Of a stretch of DNA of 64,000 nt, positions 14,701 to 24,868 are shown one piece after another. Position 1 is the first letter of the stretch, and every line of letters begins with the position of its first letter. The DNA lies in the NCBI GenBank assembly GCA_002269645.1, contig NIVC01000282.1, positions 248,001 to 312,000 of the forward strand. Direction: 5' to 3'. The position numbers and the translations under genes are program-made. The DNA is from Macrostomum lignano (Eukaryota). The notes beneath the pieces are model-generated. The model worked only from the letters and a program-made list of their open reading frames with translations. It ran no database searches and had not been told where the DNA came from.

Positions 14701-15057
14701 CAGGCAGAGATGGGGTATCTTACGGGGAGAGATGCGTGCTTTTGCCAAAGGACAGATGATAGCTTATCTGAGAGATAGGGACATAACAGGACAAAAATAA
14801 CTGCAAGCCACATAATTAGTAAATCCAAAGCAACTAGCCTATAGGCATTGTCCTCCTCGCGGAAGCTATCGCGAATCTGGGCGCATTCCCTGTTAACAAC
14901 GGCTCTCTCCTCGGCGGCAGTTTTAGCAGCCCTGATCTCTCTGATCAGGTCGCGCAGCCGCTTAGGCGTATTGGCAATAATTCCCTTCTGGAAGGGGAAT
15001 ATTTCAAATTTAAAGGTATAAAAGCACACACACTTGGTTGTAGGGCGAAAAAAACAT
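6833..15057 (-). CDS. AP1G1: AP-1 complex subunit gamma-1 (gamma-adaptin), ~832 aa
   Basis: Exons 15057-15034 (tentative first exon, 46-nt intron), 14987-14839, 13878-13451, 12684-12608, 11730-11554, 11066-10968, 10148-9766, 9008-8810, 8449-7589, 6934-6833 join in phase (2499 nt). Motifs [74 protein letters not shown] and the ear-domain end [13 protein letters not shown]...NFPSVYWQ* match gamma-adaptin. Confidence 0.95.
6990..7560. repeat. 21-bp AAAACCCTTCAACCCTGTCGC array grading into CCCTTCAACCCTTACCCCAA units (last AP1G1 intron)
   Basis: Direct inspection. Confidence 0.95.
8550..8780. repeat. (TGTC)n microsatellite, intronic
   Basis: Direct inspection. Confidence 0.95.
9185..9685. repeat. 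16-bp minisatellite GGAGTGACGGGAGATT, intronic
   Basis: About 28 copies. Confidence 0.95.
10190..10858. repeat. 20-bp minisatellite CTGGATTGGGTTTGGAATGG, intronic
   Basis: About 32 copies. Confidence 0.95.
11115..11460. repeat. 30-bp minisatellite TGAGGGTCATGACCCACTCAATCAGCAATT, intronic
   Basis: About 11 copies. Confidence 0.95.
11935..12125. repeat. 20-bp minisatellite GGGTTGGATTGGGTTTTGGT, intronic
   Basis: About 9 copies; related to the 10.2-kb unit. Confidence 0.9.
12725..13402. repeat. 33/37-bp minisatellite GATTTCAGGACCCTGGAT(GGAT)CTCATCTGGCAACCT, intronic
   Basis: About 19 copies. Confidence 0.95.
13925..14735. repeat. 21/22-bp minisatellite TGTCTTACAGGCAGAGATGGG, intronic
   Basis: Direct inspection. 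Confidence 0.95.
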
Positions 15058-15185
15058 TTCCTGGTATATAAAGCCAAATGAAGTAAACATGTGCAACCTC
15101 CTCAAATTTACCCTGCTAGTGCAACAGTACAACAGAACTGTATATAGAACTGCTCTGTTTTCAATTTTAATATTTTCCTTTTTCC

Positions 15186-15465
15186 TAGGGGCGGCAGAGC
15201 CTAATATTTTGGGGGGGGGGCACCAGTGCACAGGGCAAGGGGGGCATGGATGTCCCTATAAGCTGCTAATTTGGCAACCCAGCAACCAAAATCAGAAAAA
15301 GCCCTAAAAACTACCATTATCTCTTATTTCTAAGCACTCAAATATCAGAAAGTCATAAATTCGGGGGGGGGGGGGCACAATAGATTGTATGCTGCCTGGA
15401 CTCATTTTTGGAAGTGGGGGGAGGGGGTCATGTGCCCCCAGTGCTACAAGCTCTCGCCACCTATG
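15186..15465. mobile_element. MITE, probably hAT-type (8-bp TSD)
   Basis: CTTTTTCC direct repeat at 15178-15185 and 15466-15473. Imperfect TIRs TAGGGGCGGCAGAGC / GCTCTCGCCACCTA(TG). Internal G-runs GGGGGGCAC and GTGCCCCC. Confidence 0.55.
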
Positions 15466-16326
15466 CTTTTTCCTTAAGCCTAAAATGCATGAGGGGAAAT
15501 GAGGGGACTAAGATATTTTTCATTATAGCCAATGTCATAAATTTCTTTTAAATGTACCTAATTGACTCTATATTTACACTATTTGTACTAAACTTTTTAG
15601 GAGTGTTTAGTACTGTGTTCTTGTCCAATTTTTAAATATATGAGCCCCTAATTTTTTAGTAAATGACAGTTCTTTTTAAAAAATAAAAAACAAGTTTGTT
15701 ATCAACTCAATGAAAACGATATATTTTTTTCTTTATAAAAGTATTATGTTTTAAAAAAATACTTTTCTTTCTTATATATATTTGTTTCTTATTTTACATA
15801 ATTGCCTTGCAAAATATGAAATACTTTTTTTATTAAAATTATTTTAGGTAGACCTATATATTGGTAAGTTATAGGATGGATGGGACCCTTACTAAAGCCC
15901 TTATTAATAGACCTGATTTTCACCACTATAGGTCATATGTATACAAGTTTTTTAAGCAATATAAAATGACATTCTTAATTACATTTATGCACATCTTAAA
16001 ATTGTACTTTTACCTTAGTCCTTAGATCAGATGCAATCATGTATCTTACTAATAGCAAAAACCTAGGCTAGATTTTTATATAATCAATAGGGCCTGTAGG
16101 CCTTAGTGACCTAGCCTAGGGATACTATAGGCCTAAAACATATGCCTACTGATTTTCTTTGTGACTTGGTACCAATAAATAAACCAAAATATATTATTAT
16201 ACTTAGCCTATTGGAATAAGTGGACAAAGGTGTCCGACTGTCTATTGCAATTTTGGATTTTCTGCTTTGGTATTGTATTGCAGCTAGAATCAAGGCAGGT
16301 GGTATCATAGTGCAATGCAGTTATAA

Positions 16327-16389
16327 GTAAATGGTGGGAGTGACAACTATTACTGTCTTATTAGGGTTAAATGCCTTGTCAGCTAATTA
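16327..16389 (+). pseudogene. Decayed 28S rRNA-derived fragment (helix 69-71 region), second copy
   Basis: GTAAATGGTGGGAGTGACAACTATTACTGTCTTATTAGGGTTAAATGCCTTGTCAGCTAATTA aligns to the eukaryotic LSU consensus and to 18417-18480. A TIR remnant GTTGCGCAT lies at 16465-16473. Confidence 0.65.
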
Positions 16390-17429
16390 TTACACATGTA
16401 TTCAATGCAAAATTTAACATGTTCTATGTCACATTGCATTTTGAACTATAATTTTAGATCCCATGTTGCGCATTAGCAGGTTTTCTACACTTATTCTAAT
16501 AGAGAATTGAGCTTTTTATTCAAAATATCTTTATATTTTATTCTTTATAAGACTGTTAGACAAAATTTTGAGATTGTGAATATCAAATAAAATGATCTAT
16601 AAATATAATATAAGTTAACATTAAATGATTGCATCATTAGGAAAAGTCAGTTGAATTCACTACCTTAGTTATTTGGTTCTTACATTGGTAATTAAAGTTA
16701 TTGAGAGCCTTAATAGTGAGATACTAAAATACCAATGACTAAAGTTGATACCTAAAATATATATCATATTAAAATATTTTAGACCTTATGCCCTAGACCT
16801 AGTCTAGCCTGCATAGGCATAGCTAGTTGAACATAGGGTGCATACAATAGGCTAGACTTCAGAAGGTTGTATATATACATTTTAGGGAATTTTTTTGTTT
16901 TTGGCATGCACTTAAGGTTTTTTGTATGCAGAGTATACATATGCACCCAAAATTTTTAAATCATACCTTGAAATTAAAAGAATAGATGCAGTTTAAATAT
17001 AGTCTCATAACCAATTTTTCCTTTTAAGCCTCATTTGCACTGCCTCAGCATAGGCCAAAAAAAAATAAAAATTGTATTGTACTCTGACCCTTTAAATTAT
17101 ACCTTGAAATTAGACATAGGGTGCAATTTTGCACCTTGTCTTGTGGATAAAAAACCTAGAGTGCACTAGCGTACATTTAGCTAAGAAAGGATTCTTGTTC
17201 TAGTAGGCCTATAAGGGGCCTATATTAGGCCTATTATACAATTTGGTCCCTGGGCAATAAGAAGGAACAGTAACTACAATCATGAATCATGTCAAGTATT
17301 AGGCCAAAGGCAATCCTTTGGTTTCCTACTCTAAATTATTTAAACCCTTTTTAAACTTTTCAGAGTCCAACAAGCTCAGAGTTCTCGCAAGAGTTCATAG
17401 AGTTCTACTTAGGGTAGTAGTATATTAGG

Positions 17430-17560
17430 CCCTTATCTAGTAAAGGATATTACCAAAATGCTGATGGGGAAAGCTTAGCGCCATATGAACTCTTGCAGAT
17501 ACATTTCAAACAAATTGTTGCTGGTTCCATATATAGTAGCGGTACCTTATTTCTAGGAAT
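17430..17560 (-). pseudogene. Merlin/IS1016(ISXO2)-like transposase C-terminal remnant
   Basis: Minus strand translates ...IYGTSNNLFEMYLQEFIWR* followed by a frameshifted HFGNIL, resembling the YLxEFxWR motif. The surrounding sequence is heavily decayed. Confidence 0.45.
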
Positions 17561-18320
17561 TATTGTTTTTAAACTAGCATGAAAATTAATATTCTTTTGT
17601 TATAATATGCAAAATATTCTAAAGTTATAAGATTTTGTTTTAAATATAAACAATTGACTAGTATAAATAGGAAGGAGCCGAAGGGATGGAAGGATAACTC
17701 GTTTGCTATCTATAAGCTTAAAATGTGTTTAATAAATCATTCTCAGATCATTGCTTATTTCTAAAGAGTATTGCAGAGAAGGTTGAAAGTTGGGAATTGA
17801 GAGTTCATGCAAAATTATTACTAAAAGTAATCACTATGACCCTCTAATCTTGGTAACACCTAGACTAGAGAGAGAAAGTACATATACCAATAAGACCACT
17901 CAGGCCATATGCTAAGATTGCTCAGGCCATATATAAGAATGCTACCAGACCATATACTAAGAACGCTACTAGAACACTCTAAGAACACTACCCAAAAATA
18001 TATGAGATTCTAACCTAAGAAAAAGTTAGAAACATTAAGGCAAAATTTTAGTATTAACAGTAGAAATTTAATAGAGGGAAATTAAAAACCTGTAACAATG
18101 TTGGTGGTAATTAGTGGGATAGGCCTAGTTAGAGGATAGAAATATCCCTGTGACAACTTTGGTTATAGCAATGGTATTTATAGAGAGCCAATACATCTAT
18201 TATAATTTGGTAGCTTGACAGTGGGATTGAAATAGGCCTATATAGAGTAAGAAGAAATACCCCTTTGACATATACATAGCTTGAAATTTGGCTTTGCAGT
18301 TGCCCCACATTCTTTCTATG

Positions 18321-18586
18321 CATACATGCGCAACCCCCCTGATTTACACTAGCCATGCGACTTAATTTTTGACCAAAAATGCAACTTAACTGTAAAAGAA
18401 ACCCTAACGCAATTTTGGGTAAACGGCAGGAGTAACTATGACTGTCTTATAAGGAATAAATGCCTCATCATCTAATTAGTACTACGTCTGTATTCTTCAG
18501 GCTGGGAATTTTTGCGATTTACCCCTGGTCCACCACAATTTACAATGGCCAGATCGGCCAGGTCGGCCAGCAGTTGCGCATGTATG
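18321..18586. mobile_element. 266-bp MITE with perfect 14-bp TIRs and 8-bp TSD, carrying a 28S rRNA fragment
   Basis: CATACATGCGCAAC (18321-18334) / GTTGCGCATGTATG (18573-18586). TSD TTTCTATG at 18313-18320 and 18587-18594. Three GGCCAG subterminal repeats at 18547-18570. Confidence 0.88.
18417..18480 (+). pseudogene. 64-bp 28S rRNA-derived fragment spanning the R2/I-PpoI site (not a functional rRNA gene)
   Basis: GGGTAAACGGCAGGAGTAACTATGACTGTCTTA-TAAGGAAT-AAATGCCTCATCATCTAATTAGT versus the recalled consensus GGGTAAACGGCGGGAGTAACTATGACTCTCTTA-AGGTAGCC-AAATGCCTCGTCATCTAATTAGT: 2 mismatches in the first 33 nt and 1 in the last 23 nt. Confidence 0.9.
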
Positions 18587-20599
18587 TTTCTATGCATACA
18601 ATATTCGTGCATTGACTTTAGTGGTAGGGATGATAGATTGTGGCGCAAGAGGTCAGCCAGCCATACTGGCAGTAGCTGAAAAGTTCAAAAAGGGGTTAAA
18701 TAATTTAGAGCAGGAAACTGAAGAATTGCCAGGGCTAGGCCAAGAACTAGAAGTAGAAACTTAAAAAGTAATAGTAGGGGCCTAACCTAGGGCTAGGCCT
18801 ACTAGGCAGCAGTAGGCTGAGGAGTAGAAATTGAAAATTGGCTCTGGCTAAACAAGACTATTCAGCAAGGGTTTTCAAACTATTAAAAGCAAAGAGAGAC
18901 TATATGACTTATGACTATATGAGAACTAGAATATGAGGACTGTCTATACCATAACAATAAATAATAAATAATATATTGAAGAAACACACAACACAATATG
19001 AATGTAGGCCTAATGAAAATGAACAACACTCAGCAGATATATAGGCCTAGCTAGCTGTAGCTGCAAACAGAGTAAGAGTACATTTAATTTACAGTTACAT
19101 ATAACATTAGGGCCTAGGCCTAGGCCTAGTAACATAATATTTAAATTTAATTTATATTTCAGAGTAAAATAATGTCATCACTCATCAGTCATGTCAGATG
19201 TCACATATTATTGCAAAAAATTAATACAAACCGGTCGACTAGTTGCAAAAATAGGAAAGTGTTAAATACGAAAGATTGTAAAATTTGAATTGGTGATCAC
19301 CAGTGAGCCTTTTCATATTGCTTGCTTTGGTTCCAGAACCAGAACCAATTTGTGAAGTATAACTTATTGTCTCCATAACTAGAGGGAGATACGTGCTATA
19401 AAGTTTTTATTATTGAATGACAATCGCCAAGAAGAAAGTGAAAAATTGTGCTAAGTTAGGTTGTTAAGGCGGTCAACTATTAACAGAGTTTAATAGTTAT
19501 ACTGCTGTTTTTCTTGGAATTCCGAACCGATTCTGGTTCTGGAATTGGTAATATGAAAAGGCCCAGTGACCAATGTCAAAAAAGAATAGATTTTAAAATT
19601 TATGATTCTAATGGCATTATCGGACCGCGAGGAGAGCCTAAAAATCAAAAAAGAACTTTAACTATAACAAAACATTCTGAGAGGGAATCACCGTTGATAT
19701 TGTAAAGTTGTAATTTTTTACTATTTAATTTAATAAAAATATAAAAATAAATGATACACAAGTTTTTATAAAAAAATTAGTCTACTTTTCAAATCACAAT
19801 CTAGCTGCATCATCGCCGGCGCCGGGGCATAGACTTCAAGCAATGTCGATCCTAAAGGGCTTGCAGGAAAGCAGGATACCAATCAAGGTTAAAAGACTTT
19901 GCACAGTAACCTATGAATTTTCATTAAATGTTTTTGATAGCTCTATCAAGAAACTTTGGTTAATATATAGTGTTTGCATTCGCGCGGAGGAGCCGGGACC
20001 GCGAGGTGGCAATTGGCCTGCCCGCAATAATTTTGTTGGGCGAGGTTAGCATTGCCTTCCTACTAATATTATCAATGACATTATAAATTATAGCATTTAG
20101 TCTTTATTCTCCGTCTAGGCTTCTCCGTCAAAAACTATCTGAGTCCTGTGGTTCTCACTTGGTTTATATATAGCCCTGCTGTGCTGAAACAACAACAACA
20201 ACAACAACAACAACTGCAGTAGCAGCCCTGGACAAGCCAAGCTAGATTGCTGTCAAAAAGCGCGCGCAAACGCAGATTTGAACAGAACAGCGAGTCCGCG
20301 AGGGTCAGAAATCTCAGCGTAATCTTAGAAGCAGCTGTCAAGTTACATGTAACACAGACTTCGAGATCACCTCGCCTTGACCAAGCCGCCGCGGCCCTTA
20401 AAGGGACAGCAGCAGCATAGCCTGCAGCGGCTCAGGGCAATCGATGAATATTATGAATATCGATGGAGCAATAAGAAAGGCACAATAAATATCAAAAGAT
20501 GAACACTGGATCTGCCTCCTATCAAAAGCAATAACTATTTAAAATTGTGCTGAAAAAATTAAAACCTCCCATCTCTGTAGTGTATTTTTCGGCGAAAAG

Positions 20600-23500
20600 T
20601 TGCCTTCAAAACATTTACCATAGATTTCGAGTGTTGCGTCCTTCTACTTAAGTTGTCCTTGCGGATGACGTGGCCGGCCAGCTGTAGGCGCCGAAAGCGC
20701 AGCAGCTGGCTGGATCGGGAGAGCTGCTGGGCCGTCATTCCTGGTGCATGCAGTGGTGCAGGTGGCGGTCGGCGAGTAGTGGACACAAGTAGCTTCTAGT
20801 GGTCCTTGAGTGAACACCGAAGGAGGCTCGCAGAAGTCCAGCGTGAGCGGCGTCGAGTTGCCGCTCCTGCGGGCCGGTCAGTGTCCACGTTTCAGCATTG
20901 TAGAGGTCTCTATGACTGCCTGGAAGAGCCATCTTCGTAGCCGATCCGACAGCGTGGGGCACTGCAGGACAGTCCGCACGGTGCGGAATGCGCCCCAGGC
21001 ATGCGCCCTGCGCCGTGTCATGTCGTCCGTGATGCTTAAAGGTACAAGACCGCCGAGGTAGACGAACTCTTTGCAGCGGGGCAGCAACGCCACCTGCCCG
21101 TTCGTGCAGCGGCAGTAGATTTCAGCTAGCTGGGAGGTCCGTCGGCACGGTCAGCACCATTGTCTTTTTGGTGTTTATGGACAGTCCGATCGCAGCGGCC
21201 GCCGCCGTCAGCTGGTCTAGGAGGCGTTGAGCTCCTTCAGCTGTGCTAGACAGCAGCGCTAGGTCGTCCACGTAGGCTATAGGACGGAGAGCCGCTTCTC
21301 GGGGTGTCGCCTGCTTGTTCTGTGGCCGAGCAAGAATCCTTTGGAGTTGTCAGGGAGGCCAGTGCGCAGTACCCAGTCCAGGACCAGGACGAACAGAAAT
21401 GGACCCTTGGAGAACGCCGGAGGACGTGACGAATAAGTCGAAAAGGCCATCCGGTGTCACAACTGCCGCCCTAGTCTCCTGCTGGTACAGAGCTAACACA
21501 GCCATCACCAGCTGCTCAGGTACGTGATACGCGCGCAGGATGTTCGCGATGACCCGCCTCGACACCGAGTCAAAGGCCTTCAGGAAAGGAAGTCCACGAA
21601 AGTGCAAATGATGGTCGACTGGTAGATGCGGGCCTCTTCTAAAATGTGGCGCGGAGCGAGAATTCGGGTAACGGTGCCTCTGCCTGTCCAAAATCCGTTC
21701 TCCTCTCGCCGGAGGAATGGTTTCAGCATCGGCTGCAGCCGCGACAGCAGAACCCTCTTAACAGCTTTAGCCATGCAGGATTTAGTGAAATCCCGCGATG
21801 CTCTTCGATCTTGACGGAGCCTGGTTTCTTTGGGATCCCGACGATATGCGCAGTCCGTCACTCAGTAGGTGCGGGGCACCCAGCTTCATCACTGGCATGA
21901 GTTCCAACGCGACCCGCGAGAGGCGCAGCACCTCGATTGGCACATTGCACATTGTGTCCAGTGGCTTTGTTGCCTAGCGTCTTCTTTGCAAGTTGAAGCA
22001 CCTCATCGATGGTGATGGGGCTGGTGTTAAAGTAGCTCTCCTCTGGCAGCGCAGCCTCCGTGGGCAATGACATGTCGTCCCTTTACGGCTGCGGAGAAGA
22101 AGAAGGTCCGCAGCTCGTTTCGCCTCTCTTCGGGAGTGTCACCCGCCAGGTTCAGAGCGTTGCGTCTCTTGCGGCCTGTCAGTTGATTGAGGACCGACCA
22201 GAAGGCACGCGGTTTCTTGTGGGGACCGGCGTCTGTGATCTCCTGAATAGCGGTCTCTACCGCGGCGCGTTGCCGGGCTTTAAATGTCTTCGCTAGAGTT
22301 TCTCTTCCTTCTCCGAAAGCTGACCGCTCCTCCACAGTCTCTCCACTGTCAGTCGGGCCTGCCGCAGCCACACTGGCCGACTCTTTTCTACTGGCTTCAC
22401 CAGCGGCAGAGTTTTGTTAGCGGCGGCTTGGATGGCGGCACTGATGTCCGGGCTGGGGTTGTTGTGTCTGATCGTCCTTCCAGCGCCTCGGCAAAGGCCA
22501 GGCAGAAGCGGCCACTTGTAACCGGGTCGCGTACGGCGCGGAAGTAGCACTTTGTTGGCTTTGTTGGCTTCGCTGGTAGATATACGGGTCCCTCAGGTGC
22601 AGGTCGCAGTAGAGCAGCCAGTGGTCTGACCGCACTTCCAGCGGAGCAGTTGGTCGCAGTTGGCCACTCGTCGTCGTTCTCGCTGGCGAAACAGCACGTG
22701 ATCGAGCTGTGCGGTCTCTTCCTAGCGAATTTTCCACACGCTTTTCGACGTGCCCGCTTACTGTTAGCAAACGTTGCCAATCTTTGAAGCGGCTTCCTGA
22801 ACAGCGTGTTTGCTGAGACTAGGTCGTGGCGGTCTATGAACTCCACTAGGGCATTAGTATTGTTGTTTTCGCGTGGCGTTACGAAGTGGGAGCACAGGAA
22901 GCTCTCGGACATTCGCATGACGACTTTGAGGTCTCCGAGTACCAGTACAGTGTCACGTTGAGCGGTCTTATCTAGCTGCGCTGACAGGAACTCCAGGAAC
23001 TGCCGGTGCTCCACTGGGTGCGCAGCTGGGGGCGCATAGGCACAGAATTAGAGTCGCATGTTACCCGGAGTCGAATTTCGAGGCGCAATAACCGCGGTGG
23101 CAGGCTCTCACAACGTGTACTTTGCTGAAGCTTTGGCCCCGGTTAGAACGCCGATTTCTTCCTGTCTTTTCGAGTCTGCTGATGTGTACTGCAGGAGCCA
23201 GCCGCTCCCAAAGTGCTCCTAGTGGAGCACAGGCTCGGCCGTGATGGATAGCTCTTGCAGCATAAATATTTCAAGTTGTAGGTCCCCTGCGAGCTGGGCC
23301 AAAAGATGTTGTCTCCACTTTGCTCTCAGAGTTCGGAAGTTCCAGATAGAAATTCTGAGCTGTTGCTGTGCGCATTTTGGTTCGGCTGGGGTCCGGTGAT
23401 TTTGAACCTGATGGTCCCTGGCGCCACCCAGCGGATCCGCACAGCCAGTTAGGAGGGGTCGCACCACGGCAATTTCGCTCACGGTGCCGCTCTATGCGTC

Positions 23501-23600
23501 AGCGCAAACTTCGGCGGCCCTGCCGAGTGGATGGTTGTACCGCTCTTGGCAGCCGCAACAGAAGCGCGGCTCTCCGTTGAGGCCTTGCAACGCACCGCTA
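20600..23600 (-). mobile_element. Degenerate RTE-clade non-LTR retrotransposon (APE endonuclease + RT, frameshifted)
   Basis: LRISIWNFRTL...MLQE, VLVLGDL, SDHWLLYCDL, KAFDSVSR, GVLQG, AYVDDL, EFVYLGG, LYNAETWTLT and RRLQLAGHVIR are spread over several frames with stops and frameshifts. Confidence 0.88.
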
Positions 23601-23883
23601 GCATGCTAGCAGGCGGTGGAGCTATTTAAACGCTCAACGAGAGTTCAAATAGACTGACATTTGCAATAAATTGAGTTCGCAGTAAGAGACCGTCTTACGG
23701 CCGGCCTTGTGTTGCCCTTCCCCCAATATTTTCTTCTTCCGCCGCGCCTGGATCATGAGTCTCTGTGATAGTTAATTTACCTGTATATATTTGCATGTAG
23801 CCATGAAAAAGCTTGGTGGATATAAGTACGAGCTACATGTACATGTACTCGTAGAAAGTGGCTATATGCATGTGTACAATGTA

Positions 23884-24868
23884 CGAGGGGTGTCCAAAAA
23901 GTAGTGATACTTTCAACTGTAGCTCTCGTTCTATAGCTTCCTGTGATTTAAAATTTTATGAACTGATAGCGGCAAATCTCTTCTATAGACTGCTTTTTGA
24001 ATTTTTAAAATTGATACCAGAGAACAAAAGTTATACCCACAAAAGTAACAGTACCTGTATCATAGAGTTACACAAACTATATCAAAATTTATGATAGTCG
24101 ACTTCTGCACTTATTCATTAAGAAGGCATCGATAAATGTCTTGTTTAAGCAATACCAAAGCCCAATTGCAAAATGACGCTCACTGTGACTGACTGAAATT
24201 TGTCTATGGACAGAATCATGCGCAGAAAAATAAAGCAATAAATTCATTACTTTACTTGCAAACAGAGGAGCTTGCATTTTGCAATTGATTTCATTGCCCA
24301 TACTCGACAACACACATGGATGTGCACTCAGTTGTTGCTCAGCAAAGTACCATCTTCACTCTTTGGGGTGCTGGCCATAGTGCCCTAGAAATTTACACAA
24401 AACTTTGCTCTGCGCACGGATCCTCTGCAGTCAGCAAAATGACAGTTTATCGATGAATTGAGCAGTTCAGTGAGGGAAGGACTGACTTGGCAGATCAGCA
24501 TCGGATGGGGCGGCCATACATTCATTGACCTGATGTACTGGCGGACTCCATTCTGAATCTTCTTGACGAGGACTCCCGAATGACCATTAGAGAGATCGCT
24601 GACAGGTTGGACAAGCCGAAATCAACAATTCATTGAAGCTTACTCAGCATGGATCTCGTGAAGCTCAGCCTATAATTTGTGTAACTCTATGATACAGGCA
24701 CTGTCACTTTCATGGGTATAACTTTTGTTCCCTGGTATCAATTTTAAAAATTAAAAAAGCAGTCTGTAAAAGAGATTTGCCGCTATTAGTTCTTAAAATT
24801 TTAAATCACAGGAAGCTATAGAACGAGAGCTACAGTTGAAAGTATCACTATTTTTTGGACACCCCTCG
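23884..24868 (+). mobile_element. Internally deleted mariner element with ~200-bp TIRs and TA TSD
   Basis: TA|CGAGGGGTGTCCAAAAAGTAGTGATACTTTCAAC... and ...GTTGAAAGTATCACTATTTTTTGGACACCCCTCG|TA. The interior encodes remnants of both mariner HTH motifs (SAVSKMTVYR*IEQFSEGRTDLADQHRMGRP; EDSRMTIREIADRLDKPKSTIH). Confidence 0.9.

Noticed and set aside
18417-18480. Functional rRNA gene or rDNA unit
   Set aside because: Only 64 bp match, flanks are unrelated to rDNA, and the fragment sits inside a TIR element.
19145-19195. Hammerhead-like CTGATGA...GAAA on the minus strand
   Set aside because: No proper stem II closing pair and no stems I/III.
19290-19585. ~50-bp imperfect inverted repeat
   Set aside because: Probably a decayed MITE; no TSD or coding signal to classify it.
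20535-23630. CTATTTAAA direct repeat as TSD of the RTE LINE
   Set aside because: Only 9 bp and AT-rich, with no tail adjacent; the coding similarity ends ~100 bp earlier. Could be chance.
19977-23750. Weak TIR-like ends (CATTCGCGCGGAGGAG / CTTCCGCCGCGCCTG) enclosing the LINE
   Set aside because: Low identity and no matching TSD.
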